DNA from: Chiloscyllium plagiosum | Lineage: Eukaryota | Direction of reading: 5' to 3' | Assembly: GCF_004010195.1 (NCBI RefSeq) | Contig: NC_057719.1 | Location: 67,655,619-67,675,618, forward strand | Length of the DNA: 20,000 bases | In this document: one piece after another, positions 1-11,212 of the stretch | Layout: every line of letters begins with the position of its first letter | Position numbering within the stretch: the stretch's first letter is position 1 | Notes under the pieces: model-generated | Databases searched by the model: none | Told to the model about the DNA's origin: nothing | The model's input: only the letters and a program-made list of their open reading frames with translations | Position numbers and translations under genes: made by a program

Positions 1-2179
1 CAAATTATATCCGTTAACAGCTCACTTTGCAGAAAGTGCAATAGCAGACCATTTATGAGTAATAAGTACTTTCCAGCTGATACTTTTCAAACATAAACTG
101 CTTTCATGGCAGCAGAAAAAGTGCAAGTCGTAATCAAATTGTCAATTTTTCCTTGGAAATGCAAAGGATGCATTGTGACTGTAATTGTTGCAGGAGAGTT
201 GCATTTTTTTCACAAACTGAACATATTTACATATTTGCCTAAGCAGGCAAGATTTTCTCTGCCTTGGTCTCTGCTCCCTAAATAAAAAGCATGATTAATT
301 TTTAACTCACACTTGGTTTTGTATGGACAAATCAATGCAATTTTAAATGAGAAAGAAGAATTGACGAAGCAAGAAAAGCAGGCTGCTAGTATGCCTATTT
401 TGTAGCACTAACTTCAATTTCAAGAATTTTTATGATTTGAATGTGCTCACTATTATAAAAACCATTGTCAGATGCAAGAAATAAGAGTTTTTTTGCAGGG
501 GTTCAAACATCCGTCAAAAAGAAAGCCAGTCTTGTCAGTGCGAGGTATTTCTTAAATTACTGAATGCTCAGAATTGGTTGAGACACCACTTTAAATCTGA
601 AACAAAATAAGCTTGCAGAAATTTATTGTAAGCATAGAATAATAACAGCATCATTTGAAAACTATTTATATGCTTTCCTGCTTCGAATACATTTTGCTTA
701 TAATTAAGTTTAAGGAAACTAAATCAGCAATGCAGCCGTATCTGCATTTGAAATAAAGAAGGATTAGAATTTTTTTATTTAGAAAGCACATTCTTTTTAA
801 TACACTGCAATTTGTTTTGATTTACAATATTTACTTTATCGCACAAAAGCTTCCCATCAGGACACAAAACTTCATCATCTCTAATTTTTAGTTGTGTGCA
901 TTTGAAAACATGTTAGTTAGATTTTTGTAAAAGCACATAATATACCTAAAAATCGAAACTAAATAGTTTAAATACCAACATTGACCTTCATAACACAAAT
1001 GTTTGTTAATGGAAATAAAAACTGCATTTCAGGAAAAGACATAATAATATACCTGTTAAGACTGAGTAATTTTGAGTGGTGATGGAAGAATGGGACATAA
1101 TGTTCTTTTTTTCTGTCATAGGCTGTATTTTTCTGTCAGTTGGCAGAGGCTGTGTTCAGGAGAAGAAACTAAAGACTCGCATTGAGAGTCATGAGGGTGA
1201 CAGCTAACCTGACAGGTCATAAGATGACTGCAGAATTAGCCTTACTTTAATTCTCACTAAAATTCACAGCTGCGGACAAGGAAATGGGTAGAGAAATTTG
1301 CCTCACACATTTTCTTTTCACTCCATGTACAGATTACATATTCTGTTCTTATTAATGAGATGAGCCTATACCATATACAACTCTATATTTAGTACCAGAG
1401 ACCACACAGCTGACAGGAGAGACCTCTCTCTTGTCTGGTGATCAGTGAGTTTGACATGACACTAATAATGCTGTCTTTATCCAAATCCACCCAGGATGAC
1501 TCCCTGTTCATTTGTATGCTTGGTTCTACTAGACATTGTAAACCATAAGTCAATGGGTCCAATCCAACATGGCTGCTAGAACTAATCCTCAAAGTGACAT
1601 TTTGTCTTTACTGTAAACAAAAGGTAACTATCGTTCATAAAAAATGCATCGATATTATTTAGGAGATGAACATGGTAATCCAACTGGTTTGTGCTGTTAC
1701 CACAGCTTGGAGACTAAAATTAACCACAAGTAGGTCATTGCAATATATTGGAAGCATGTTCTAAAAACTCTTTAATTAATTATATGCTTTACTCAGGAAA
1801 CTGCCCCATTATTGCATGAAATGCTTTAGCTGTTTTACCACTTGTCCATTTAAGTATTAACATTTTCCAAATCCTTTGTAAATGATTTCTAATCACTTTC
1901 ATTCGCCAAATACCAGCTTTCTTTGTATTTGCAGTTCCTTTACTAACAATTCTATTCAACAGTCAAGCCAGCATTTACCAATGTCAGCTCTGAATGGTTG
2001 GGTGCAAACTCAACTTGCTTGATATGTACCAAATTGATAAAGCTTAATCAATAAAAATCATTAAACTATGTAACTAGCCTTCCCAATATAAAATGGTCAC
2101 TGTATGCTAATAATAAATTGAGCTTCAAACCATAAGAACAGCCATATTTTTATTATGTTTTTAACAAAGGAAAAAATTA

Positions 2180-2650
2180 AAAAGGCACTTGTTTATATAG
2201 TGTCATGAATAAAAATGTTGACACAGTGACAAAGAGAGACATCTCTAAACTGATACTAAAATGTTTGGTCAAAAGGTCAAAGGTTTGAAGAGCAATTTTA
2301 AGGAAGAAGGGGAATTAGTGAGGCAGAGAGGTACAGCATGAATTCCAGAGTTTAGGATCTAGATAGCTGAAGGCATAGGCATGAGGTTGGCAGAATTAAA
2401 ATTGGAGACATGTAAGGTGCCAGAATTGAGGGAGCATGTACTTCGTAAAGGCTTTTAGGCCAGAGGATATCAGAAAGATGAGGAGAGACAAGAGAATTAT
2501 TTGAAATCAAGAATGAGGATTTTATATTTGCTGCATTGTTGGATCAGGAGCCAAGCTAGGTCAGCAAGTCCAGGCTGATAGCCCAATGAGACATTAATGG
2601 GTGTTAAGTTCAGAGCAGCAGAGGCATTTCAAATAATCTAAAATTGTTGA
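2180..2650 (-). mobile_element. L2-clade LINE, decayed 3' end (ORF2 C-terminus + 3'UTR)
   Basis: Reverse complement of ~2340-2374 reads GCC TTC AGC TAT CTA GAT CCT AAA CTC TGG AAT TC = AFSYLDPKLWNS, matching the L2 ORF2 C-terminal motif (RAFSxxxPxLWNSLP). The flanks resemble L2 3' sequence. Boundaries are approximate. Confidence 0.7.
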
Positions 2651-2959
2651 AAAACAACATGTGGTGCTGCTATAGTGACTGAGCGGTGGAAGAGGCAAGT
2701 TAAAAAGGTGAGAGCGGTGAAAAGGTCTGTGCATCTTTTAATTGTTTGCTCATATATAATGTCACAGTGAGATTTAGTATTAAGTATGCAAGGGCACCAT
2801 TATATATCAACAATTTGCATAAATCAATAGAAATTATCGTCACCCTGGAATTGCCATTGGCTTTTTAAGACATTGTATAAAGCAAACATTGGGAGAACTT
2901 GCAAATTGTTTTTTTTAGTGCCTGTTCACACACGCATTTGTCCCTTGATTGAGAAAAGG

Positions 2960-3108
2960 AAGTGGTGCTGGAGGGATTCCAAGGTTAATTACCAGTCTGT
3001 CAAAACACATCACAACTAAACATTCCATGACCAACAAGTCCTGATATGGGACTTAAACTTAGAGCTTTAGTTCCCGAGACCAGGACTAAGTACCATTGCA
3101 CCACGGAG
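2960..3108 (-). mobile_element. Old tRNA-derived SINE, 5' part
   Basis: Minus strand starts CTCCGTGGTGCAATGGTA (A-box-like) ... AAGTTTAAGTCCC (decayed B-box). Its head resembles the plus-strand element at 11109-11212. Confidence 0.45.
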
Positions 3109-3229
3109 TCTCTGAGCTGTTTATTGCTAAACCCTACCATTTAAAATCATGTTGGCATAATAATGAGGTTTGCATTCTGCTTTTGACTTGCCAGACACTA
3201 CTGTTGCATTAAATGCTTATGGACTGCTT

Positions 3230-3452
3230 GGGGTAGGTTTGCTTAGTTAGCTGGACAATTGGTTTACAGCACAGAGTGATGCCAACAGTGTGGGTTCAAT
3301 TCCTGTACAAGAGGAGGTTACCATGAAATATTCACCTTCTCAACCTCTACCCTCAGCTGAAGTGCAATAACCCTCAGGCTAAACCATCACCAGTGGTTTC
3401 TCTCTAATGGATGCACAGCCTTATGGTCCAGTGAGGGCACGCCAACTTTGCT
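3230..3452 (+). mobile_element. tRNA-derived SINE (non-HE1 family; called family B here), near full length
   Basis: A-box-like TTGCTTAGTTAG and B-box GGGTTCAATTCC (~3292-3303). The body CCTTCTCAACCTCT..CCCTCAGGCTAAACCATCACCAG..TATGGTC is shared with 4972-5153 (-) and 15321-15438 (+). Confidence 0.75.
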
Positions 3453-3937
3453 ATTGAACCTAGTGGCAGTGCTGGTTTTGGAAGAAGCGGAGATAGTAGA
3501 GACAGCTGTGCTAGTTTGGTCAGTGCTTGACAACTATTCATTAGGAAAATATGGAATTACATAACGAATGTTTATTTAGAATTAAGTTGCTGTGTACAGC
3601 CTTTTTTTTTGGGCAGCCAGCCACATTCATTAACTTATTCCAGAACAATGCCCTCCTGATATCTGTCAGGCTACTGCATGGTCACACATCTTAGCAGGGA
3701 CAATGCACATAACCCAGGCACTGTCAGAAGGAAATGCCTGTTCCACGTCCAACTCTGCAGGAAGGCAGTCACAGTGGCCTCCTGCCTCCTGCCTTCTGGA
3801 CAATCTTCACAGCTGCCTGTTACTGCAGAAGAAAAAACTGCATCAAACATTTATATTGTTGGCTCATTTCAATTACTAGTGACGTTCAACCAATTAATCA
3901 CTTATCTATTCACCAATGCCTCCACCATTTACATCTC

Positions 3938-4270
3938 GAGTGTGGTTCAATTGGTAGCCAGATTGCTTCTGAATGACAAGATTGCAAGTTTAAGTCTCTT
4001 CCCAGGGTTTGAGCACAAAACTCAAGGATGGATCTCAAGCAAATCTTCCTATAGTGAAATAGCCAATATTGATCCAATCAATATCACTAAAATAGATGAC
4101 CTCATTAACATCTGATAGCTGTTTTGAGGAGTTTGCTGAATAGAAATTGGCTGCAGTGCTGCCTATTTGACAACAGTGAGAACGCTTTGAAAAGTATTTC
4201 ATTGGCTGTAACATATTTTAAATCATCTGGTGATTGTGATAAATGTTACGTATATGCACATCTTTTTTCC
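3938..4270 (+). mobile_element. DeuSINE (SacSINE1/AmnSINE-like) relic with L2-type tail, internally deleted
   Basis: Has a tRNA-like head (TGGTTCAATTGGTAG ... AAGTTTAAGTC). The 3' part GCTGTTTTGAGGAGTTTGCTG..AAATTGGCTGCAG..ACAACAGTGA..AAAAGTATTTCATTGGCTGTAA..TATATGCACATCTTTTT matches the AmnSINE1/SacSINE1 3' region as I recall it. Confidence 0.65.
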
Positions 4271-4971
4271 TTTTCATCATTTCACTGCTCGCTTGTTTAC
4301 TGGGGCAACATTTGTGTCAAATTCCAAAGGAAAGGTGAGAACAAATAGAGAGGTAGTTTTGTAATGAGTTCAGAGGGTCATTTATGAACTTCATGATGTC
4401 ACCTCATGGCACGAATCAAAAATAGGTAAATATTTACAGACCACATCTTTCTACTTCTATTTATTTTGAACTGCTGACTAAAAAGGGAAATAAATATTGC
4501 ATTAAACCAAAGACAGTGAAAGGAGAGATTGCGTGTTTGAAGCAAGTTACTTTTCTGATTGAGGTAATACTCCCCCAGACACAATGTGGCCTTAGGCATC
4601 CCAGAAAAAACTACTAATATTGTCTCTGTCACTAGGAAACTCCAAGTAAAATGTCAAAACTACACCAGGAACTCTTCACCATCATCATCAACCTGACTAA
4701 AACATTTGGTTCAGTAAGTCATGAGATTTCTTTGTTTGTTCACAATAATCTTGAATGTCTAAGTAACTTCAATGCAATCCTCCAAATCCTTCATCTTGAT
4801 ATTATTGCAAACTGCTTTGTATAGGAAATCTGAAACAGATTATTCAAAATCTGGATCAGTAGCAAGCAACGCTGTGTGATAGCCCCCTATTATTTTCATT
4901 CTAGTACCTGACATTAATTATTCATCTTATTAAAAATCAATGGCTCTCTCGTGCATTTAATTAAGTAAACC

Positions 4972-5153
4972 TAAAGGTACAGTCACCATAGTCCTACTCT
5001 CTCATTATAGAGAGATAATTAGTAGTAGTTTAATCTAAAGGTCAACACAGCTCATGCAAGGGGAGAGGTTGAGAAGGAGAATATGTCATGGTACCCTCAG
5101 CCATTGCAGGTATTGAACCCACACTAACCAGCCAACTGACCTCACCGGTCCCC
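4972..5153 (-). mobile_element. Family B tRNA-derived SINE with internal deletions
   Basis: Plus strand AGTCACCATAGTCC..GGGGAGAGGTTGAGAAGG..CATGGTACCCTCAGCC..ATTGAACCCACACT is the reverse complement of the motifs in the 3230-3452 copy. Confidence 0.75.
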
Positions 5154-5800
5154 AATATAATCCTGTTGGATGGTAAACTCTTTAATTACAGTTGCCTCCA
5201 TGCCAAAACAGAAGTGACCAGCTTAGAAATACATGAGCAGCAGTGTGTGAATCATTTGACAAAAACATCCTCTACAAGTCAACAAGTCTTATGTACACAG
5301 CAGTTGTCATCAGCACATGGTCTTTTTACTTTTACAGTGATTTTTACAGGTCTCCGAAAGGACATTGTTGATAGCTAATCCATACCACTGGTCATCATGT
5401 TGCGTGTGCTCTCTGTTGAAGTAAGTTAGTTGCCATCATCTTTTTTCAGGGTAGTGATCTGTAGAGCCCATTTGATCCAGTGTGGTGAGAAAACCAATTT
5501 GGTAGTCCAATGAGAAAGGGCTCTGGTTTTAAACAAAATTATGTTCATTGTATGATAGTTGGTATGTACAACTTACATTGATGTGAGACTCATTGTTACA
5601 GGGAATATGAGGAAGACCCTGATGATAGAACTTACCCCTTTAAGATCCAACAAATCCTCTGACATCGTCATTGTTGGGTGCAGTTAAGGCACTCCTCAGC
5701 ATCAACCCTCTCAGGCCCTTAAATCCTTATACATCTCTTGACAGGCCTTTTCATTTATAATATTCACACACTTGTCATATTGTTACTTTCGTCATTAACC

Positions 5801-7738
5801 CATCTCCCCCCAAGTCTCAGATTTCACCTATTCAAATGGTCTGGAACTTCACTAACCTCCAAGGATGCATTCCTTTTGAACTTGGTAGGTCTTTGGGTTG
5901 AAGACGTTTGACTTTGATTCTGGTTCTGAGTTTGAGACCTGAAGGTCCATTGAAATTGAGATTGACGGACTGGATTTCCTTTGTGAAAGGGTGATGGCTG
6001 CCCTGAAATAGGTACTTGCTTTTTTTTGCAATATCCAAATCAGTAAACCAGGTAATTTCTTCTTGATCATGCCCTGAATGTGAGGAATTTGGTTTCCTAT
6101 GTACCACATCTTCAATTCCCGTCACATGTTTATTCTCCACCTGATAGTAAATTGGTATTGAAGTGTGTAAGACTCTTTCCTTCAGCTTGATTATTGGGTC
6201 ACTCAGCCTTAGTATTTGCATTATGAATGAAACCAGGATGCTCGCTTCATCTGTCATCCTATTTGAGGATTGCTTCTTGCCTACCATGATCTCTGTCACT
6301 GTTACTGAGAATTTATTCCAGGGAGATCAGGAAATTAAATTCACTGTTTAGATTTACATTTTCTAAATCACCTCAGCAGCTGACATCAAAGTTACATTAA
6401 ATCTGTCATTACAATTTATTCATCAAGTTGAGTTGCATTCTAAATTATATCAGTTTAAGATTCATCAATAAGATCACCAGGGTATACTGCTCATTTGCTA
6501 TCTGATTGCTTTTGTACTTTTACAACTCTTGCTGATTAATATAAAATTAACTCTTTTGCATTGGTAGCGGTGGAAAATATTTCTGTCAGTCCAGAATGGT
6601 TGCAGATTTTCATCTTGCATCGGGTATGAAAGATTTTCTTATGACAACGTAGCTAATTTTAACGAAATCTGTTTAGTTTGGGTTCTGTCAGTATCCTAGC
6701 AAGTCTGATCAAATCTTCAATGGATTGTCCAGTGACTACTTGTCCCATGACTGGCTATTCAGCGACTGAATGTTCAGACGTCCTTTGACCCATCGTTCCA
6801 TGATTAGCTGTTAATGGGTCAATTGTTTATTGATTTTAACTTCTTCCACCATTTGAAGAAGATTGAGGTTAAGACATGCATTCATTATCAAGAGTAATAC
6901 TTTTTGACAGTGAAGAATATGTCCTTCACAATCTGATATTTTGTATTGAAGACTAGCTTGTAGAATACCCTTAATCTTAAATTATATACCTCTGCACTGC
7001 TGATAGTTGTAGCCATTACCTTTTAAATCACAGCATTCTATTTGATAATATATAGACATTCATCCTTTTATCAAGGCTAAATTTAGGAAGATGTCTACTA
7101 ACATAACTACCTTCTTGCCAAAAAGCTAACTCTGGATCACTTATTTTCCCTGGGAATACATTCACCTTTTTTTTTTAGTTTTTGTAGCTTGTTCTAGTCA
7201 TGAACTTCTTTACATGACTAACCATTTGATCTATTACTGCTCTTTTTGGCCTACGTCAGCACATTTTCTGAAAATTACCTATTATTTTACAAATAAAGCA
7301 TTCTTTTGTGCCTTTCCTGGTTATGCACCTCAAAAACTGAATGGATTTTATTGATTCAGTGATAAAATTGATCTTTTCCTCTTGGGATTGATCTACATTA
7401 TTTCCAGACTCACTACATCCATCAAATGTATGGCTTTCTTCAGAGACAAATCTGTTTTTGACCATAATAAATCTGACACAGACTTATCAGCAATTCCAAC
7501 AACTATTCTGTCTCTTATAAATTCTAACTTTAAATCTCTGTAGTTACATTTTTCCAGCAACCCACCTATATCAATGCAGACATCATTAACTAAATTATTT
7601 ATGAATATGTCTGTATGCCACAACCTTCTGTTAAATCTTGCTCTTTCAAGCATTTTATTTATTCTGAGATTAAAGTAATTGTCAAAGGGGTATTCAGTAC
7701 TTTTTTTGAAAACTATCTGTTCTTTCGTTTACACCTTG
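5801..7738 (-). mobile_element. Decayed Ty3/Gypsy LTR retrotransposon internal region (gag, CCHC knuckle, protease relic, pol C-terminal tail, PPT); RT/RNase H/integrase core not recognisable
   Basis: Gag motifs FDNYFN..ERARFNRR..CNY..LK.EFIRDRIVVGIAD..S..L..K.DL.L.KAI (7393-7700). Knuckle CFICKIIGNFQKMC (C-x2-C-x4-[H>N]-x4-C, ~7259-7300). Protease-like KFSLDKRMNV (~7056-7085, cf. FKLDTGA). Pol-tail-like RLVK/PDHLN (frameshifted, ~5830-5857). Purine tract GGGGGGAGA (5811-5803) followed by TG (5802-5801), as expected for PPT plus 3' LTR start. Confidence 0.75.
7393..7700 (-). pseudogene. Gypsy gag (capsid) remnant
   Basis: ORF 7393..7653 contains ERARFNRR and IRDRIVVGIAD, typical of Ty3/Gypsy Gag. 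Frameshifts separate it from the zinc knuckle in ORF 7256..7465. Confidence 0.8.
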
Positions 7739-7846
7739 GCAAGCAGACTCTGATCAATACAGGTGCTGCCAAAGGAGAATGATTCAGTTAGTAATGACTA
7801 ACAGTTAACTGTCAATATTTGTTTACATATTAAACCAGACAGGTTA
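7736..7846 (-). repeat. Fragment of an interspersed repeat (family C, probably Penelope-like terminal repeat)
   Basis: Its reverse complement AAACAAATATTGACAGTTAACTGTTAGTCATTACTAACTGAATCATTCTCCTTTGG..TTGCCAA aligns by eye with 8532-8609 (AAACAAAGTTTAACAGTTAACTGTCAATCATTGTTGACTGATGCATTCTCCATGG..TTGCCAA). Confidence 0.6.
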
Positions 7847-8497
7847 AAGATGATATTTTCTTGTTATTTATCACGCAAAACCATGAATGGGTCTAAGACC
7901 ATCACTTTTGATCTGAAAAGTTCCAAATCTACCCAAAAGAAATCTTGGAAAGGTAAAGTGAAGCATTGCAAATATTTGAGCAACGTGTTAAGCTTGTTGT
8001 TTCATGCTGCTAATATGTAGTGACAACGTAACTGGTATTTGCTATGAACAGGATGCTGCCATTAAGCCAGAAGAAATATTCTGCCTATCACACAAATGCA
8101 TACTGTGATATGTGAATTTCAGTGCTGGTGTGATGCTAGATATGTAGGTTATATTTGACAAAGACTATTGCATCATATCAAATAACATATCCTTTTGGCT
8201 GTTCCCAAGGTACAAATTGTATTCAACAAGCCCATGCTTGGAGAGCTCTCAACAGTGTCTATCATTATAGGTCATTCCACATTTGGACAACATTTGTTAC
8301 AAATCCTGAGTGTGTAAAGACTGTTTTGCGCTGAAGCTTAGAATTGTCAATTGCCTTTGCAATATGAGTACTAGAATGTGTAGGAAACTATACATTAATA
8401 CCCAGGCTACTTTTTTTTTCTGAAAAAGAACACAAGCACATACTCCCCAGTTCAATGCAATAAAAGAAATGACAAACTATTCTCTTGTTCATTTCGC

Positions 8498-8730
8498 AGA
8501 GCAGTGCTTTGATCAATCAGGATCAACATTGAAACAAAGTTTAACAGTTAACTGTCAATCATTGTTGACTGATGCATTCTCCATGGTGGGATCTCTACCC
8601 ATCAGTATGCATTTGCCAACCAATCATTACTCTCCTCTCATAACATACACATGCTGTTTTCACTTTACTTCGGAATTCCTTGCAAATTTTCCTGATTAGT
8701 GCAAGAGAACAAGCGCTGACAAAATATTTC
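8498..8730 (+). repeat. Family C repeat ending in a degenerate hammerhead-like motif (probable Penelope-like terminal repeat)
   Basis: Homologous to 7736-7846 in inverted orientation. It has CCAATC-type repeated motifs and ends TTC-CTGATTA-GTGCAAGA-GAAC-AAGCGCT-GAC (8689-8720). Confidence 0.5.
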
Positions 8731-8901
8731 AAGCTGTAGTTCATTGCTTGATTACAACCAGTGCAAGTTATACTGAAATGAGCATCATCCTGGTGGATTG
8801 CGCTTAAAGCACTCTTCAACATTAATCTTTTCAGGTCCTTACCCTGTTATACAACACTTTTCAATAACTCTCTGGGTATCCCTGCAATCTGTATCTCTCT
8901 A

Positions 8902-9036
8902 AAGACTGAAAGAACTGCGGATGCTGTAAATCAGAAACAAAAACAGAAGTTGCTGGAAAAGCTCAACAGGTCTGGCAGCATCTGTTAAGAGAAATCAGAG
9001 TTAACATTTCGGGTCCAGTGACCCTTCCTCAGAACA
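8902..9036 (-). mobile_element. 135-bp Penelope-like/retrozyme-type insertion with 12-bp TSD
   Basis: Flanked by the identical direct repeat TGTATCTCTCTA at 8890-8901 and 9037-9048. The body (GCTGGAAAAGCTCAACAGGTCTGGCAGCATCTG..) resembles an abundant shark short repeat, and a hammerhead motif lies at one end. Confidence 0.8.
9000..9035 (-). ncRNA. Minimal type I hammerhead ribozyme motif
   Basis: Minus strand reads GTT-CTGAGGA-A-GGGTC-ACTG-GACCC-GAA-ATGT-T-AAC. This gives stem I GTT/AAC, the CUGANGA core, a 5-bp stem II with tetraloop, GAAA, a near-palindromic A(C>T)GT stem III and a U-H cleavage site. Activity is not shown. Confidence 0.65.
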
Positions 9037-10509
9037 TGTATCTCTCTACTGTGTTTCATCTAATACTCTTAATTCACAACTTGTAGGAGAGAGTGCGAGA
9101 CCTGGAATAGTCCTTCCCATTCTCGGGATCTTTCCTGGTCTGCTCTCCATTCCTGCTACAGCATGAAAGCGTCATGTGCAGTTTAGCCCTTTTGGGTGAC
9201 TTTAGAAGTGCCTTTAATTAACAATTCTTCCTTTGACACACTCGGCACATAATCAATTCTTTGATTAACTAGGGAACTCAAAGGTACATGCTAGTACTCT
9301 GTTAATGGCCCTGGCAAAGCTAACTGCTATTGTAAATGGATACCTGGCCTAATGGTCCCACTGTTTTGTCAGAAACCAGCAGATAAAAACCCCAGCCTTT
9401 GATTCTACGATGGATTCCACTTTAAATAAGAAATGGCTATGACTCAACAGATAAGCAAGAGAAATGGACTAATGGGTAAAGACACTCACACTCATGCAGA
9501 GGCTAAACTGGTCAGAATAACTTGAAAGGAGAAAGTTGAACCCTGGAAAGAAATTACTTCCGGAAGGGATTTTCCCACTGTTCCCCTCTGAAATGTTTCA
9601 CTCCAATCTTAAAATTGGAAGAGTGTGGTGACTACACATTTATTAATCTGTCAACACTTTGATTAAAATCACTAATTATGATCCATATTGCTTTTAAAGG
9701 ATAGGATATGTAAATATTTACTCTACTTATGAACTTCACTATTCACTGAAGAACGAACTCAAGGGTTTAAAAAGGTCTGTGCTCTTCTTCCACTCGATCA
9801 AATGACAGATAAGCGCCTTCTGTGTAAACGTGGACAGCAGAATTTATGGCAGCTTGAATCAATATATACTCAAATTTTTAAATATCTGATGTAGTACTTA
9901 ATACTTCTTTGGAGAAAATGCAAGTGCAGAAGGCAGCAATATGGAGAAATGTGTCTCTGGGTTTCCTAATAGTCTAATCCAATCATCCAATGAAGCTTGC
10001 CCCCTGAACAACTGAAGAATAGTAACTTATCGCCAGTGTTCAATAAAGGAAGATTCTTGACAAAATTGAACATGTGCCAATAAATTCTGGACTGGATTGA
10101 TGATGGGAAAGAGCCTAAGTGATTAGTGCCCACAAGTTCTAAACAAAACCAGTTATAATCATGACAAAAAAAATGATCTTGAATGTGATCCTTTGCACTT
10201 CAAATTAAATTTTTGTTTGAAGGAAGTGGTAAAGATATATGGAGCATACGATATTCTGCAGAGGGCTAGAAATATGCACAACACAATAAATAATGGAATG
10301 CATTTTGATGAAAAATAGATAGAAAAAAAACCGCATTTACATTCTTCCATATATAAAAGACTTAGCAAATAATATGAAAAGAAAGTTTAAAAATTATATT
10401 GTTAAGAGATTGTTAATCACTTATTCATGCTTGGAAAAATCTTGAAGTAAAACGACTATAAGTACAATGTTGTATTCCGCAGAGAAAAACAAAAATTCAA
10501 TAAACTTAC

Positions 10510-10665
10510 ACTTCCTGGAATATAAAAGGTGAAGGTTGATTCAGGTTTTCAAGATTTTGAAAGAAACTGGAAGGGTCAATAGACAGGAAATTGTTCTGTT
10601 GGACAGGAAATCCAGGACAAGAGTAAATAACCTTAAAATCATCAGGACCTTCCAAGAGAAGCTTG
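10510..10665 (+). mobile_element. Old CR1 LINE ORF2 C-terminal fragment
   Basis: Translates to LIQVFKILKETGRVNRQE...KSRTRVNNLKI, resembling the CR1 motif DLIEVFKIxKGxDRV...SRTRGHxLKI. Confidence 0.55.
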
Positions 10666-11108
10666 GTAATGCATCCTGATAATTGACAAATGTTGACTGC
10701 ATATATCCAAATTAAACCAGTTAGACAAATATTATCTCACAGCTTCTATAATATAGTGGAAAGATAATGACAGACATAAAATCATACACTGTAATAATTG
10801 GCATTCTTATAGGTGTGCATGCCTGAGCAGTGACCTTGTTGCTCATTCCTCTTACAGAAGCTATTCAAATCATAAATGCAGAAAACAGATTAATTTCCCA
10901 AGTATGACTATGATCAGCAAAGCAAGAGGTGACTTAAACTGATACATGCTAATTTGTTGAGATTATGAATGGAAAAAGACTGACAAACATAAGATTCACT
11001 CATTTGGAAAGATTAGTATTTGCACTGAACATCTCAGCAAATGTGCAGTTGTCTTTACTTCATTATTGGGTTGGCCAGTACGTACTGGTCATGAAATTAG
11101 AATTGAAG

Positions 11109-11212
11109 GTCTCTTGTAGCACAATGGTAGTGCCCCTACCTCTACTTACCAGATGGATTGGGTTAAGGTCTCATCTGCTCCAGAGGTGTAAATAGATTGA
11201 TCAAAAATATCT
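11109..11212 (+). mobile_element. Short tRNA-derived SINE relic
   Basis: GTCTCTTGTAGCACAATGGTAGTG (A-box) ... GGGTTAAGGTCTC (decayed B-box). Its head is similar to 2960-3108 (-). Confidence 0.5.

Noticed and set aside
1120..1303. Possible MITE with degenerate terminal inverted repeats (AGGCTGTATTTTTC ... GAAATTTGCCT)
   Set aside because: The inverted match is too short and imperfect and there is no clear TSD, so it cannot be supported without a repeat library.
1389..1623. Possible exon (AG at 1391-1392, AAG|GTAACT at 1623/1624; also a minus-strand acceptor near 1611) and 67-aa ORF
   Set aside because: All three plus frames contain stops between the splice-like sites, and all three minus frames stop shortly after the acceptor. 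There is no recognisable protein similarity.
3678..4348. ORFs of 145, 80 and 74 aa
   Set aside because: No domain similarity, and the 3' portions run through the DeuSINE relic.
10858..10901. Possible 44-nt micro-exon (TTCCTCTTACAG...CAA|GTATGA)
   Set aside because: Splice-like sites of this quality occur by chance in 20 kb. The peptide is unrecognisable and no partner exons were found, so RNA-seq would be needed.
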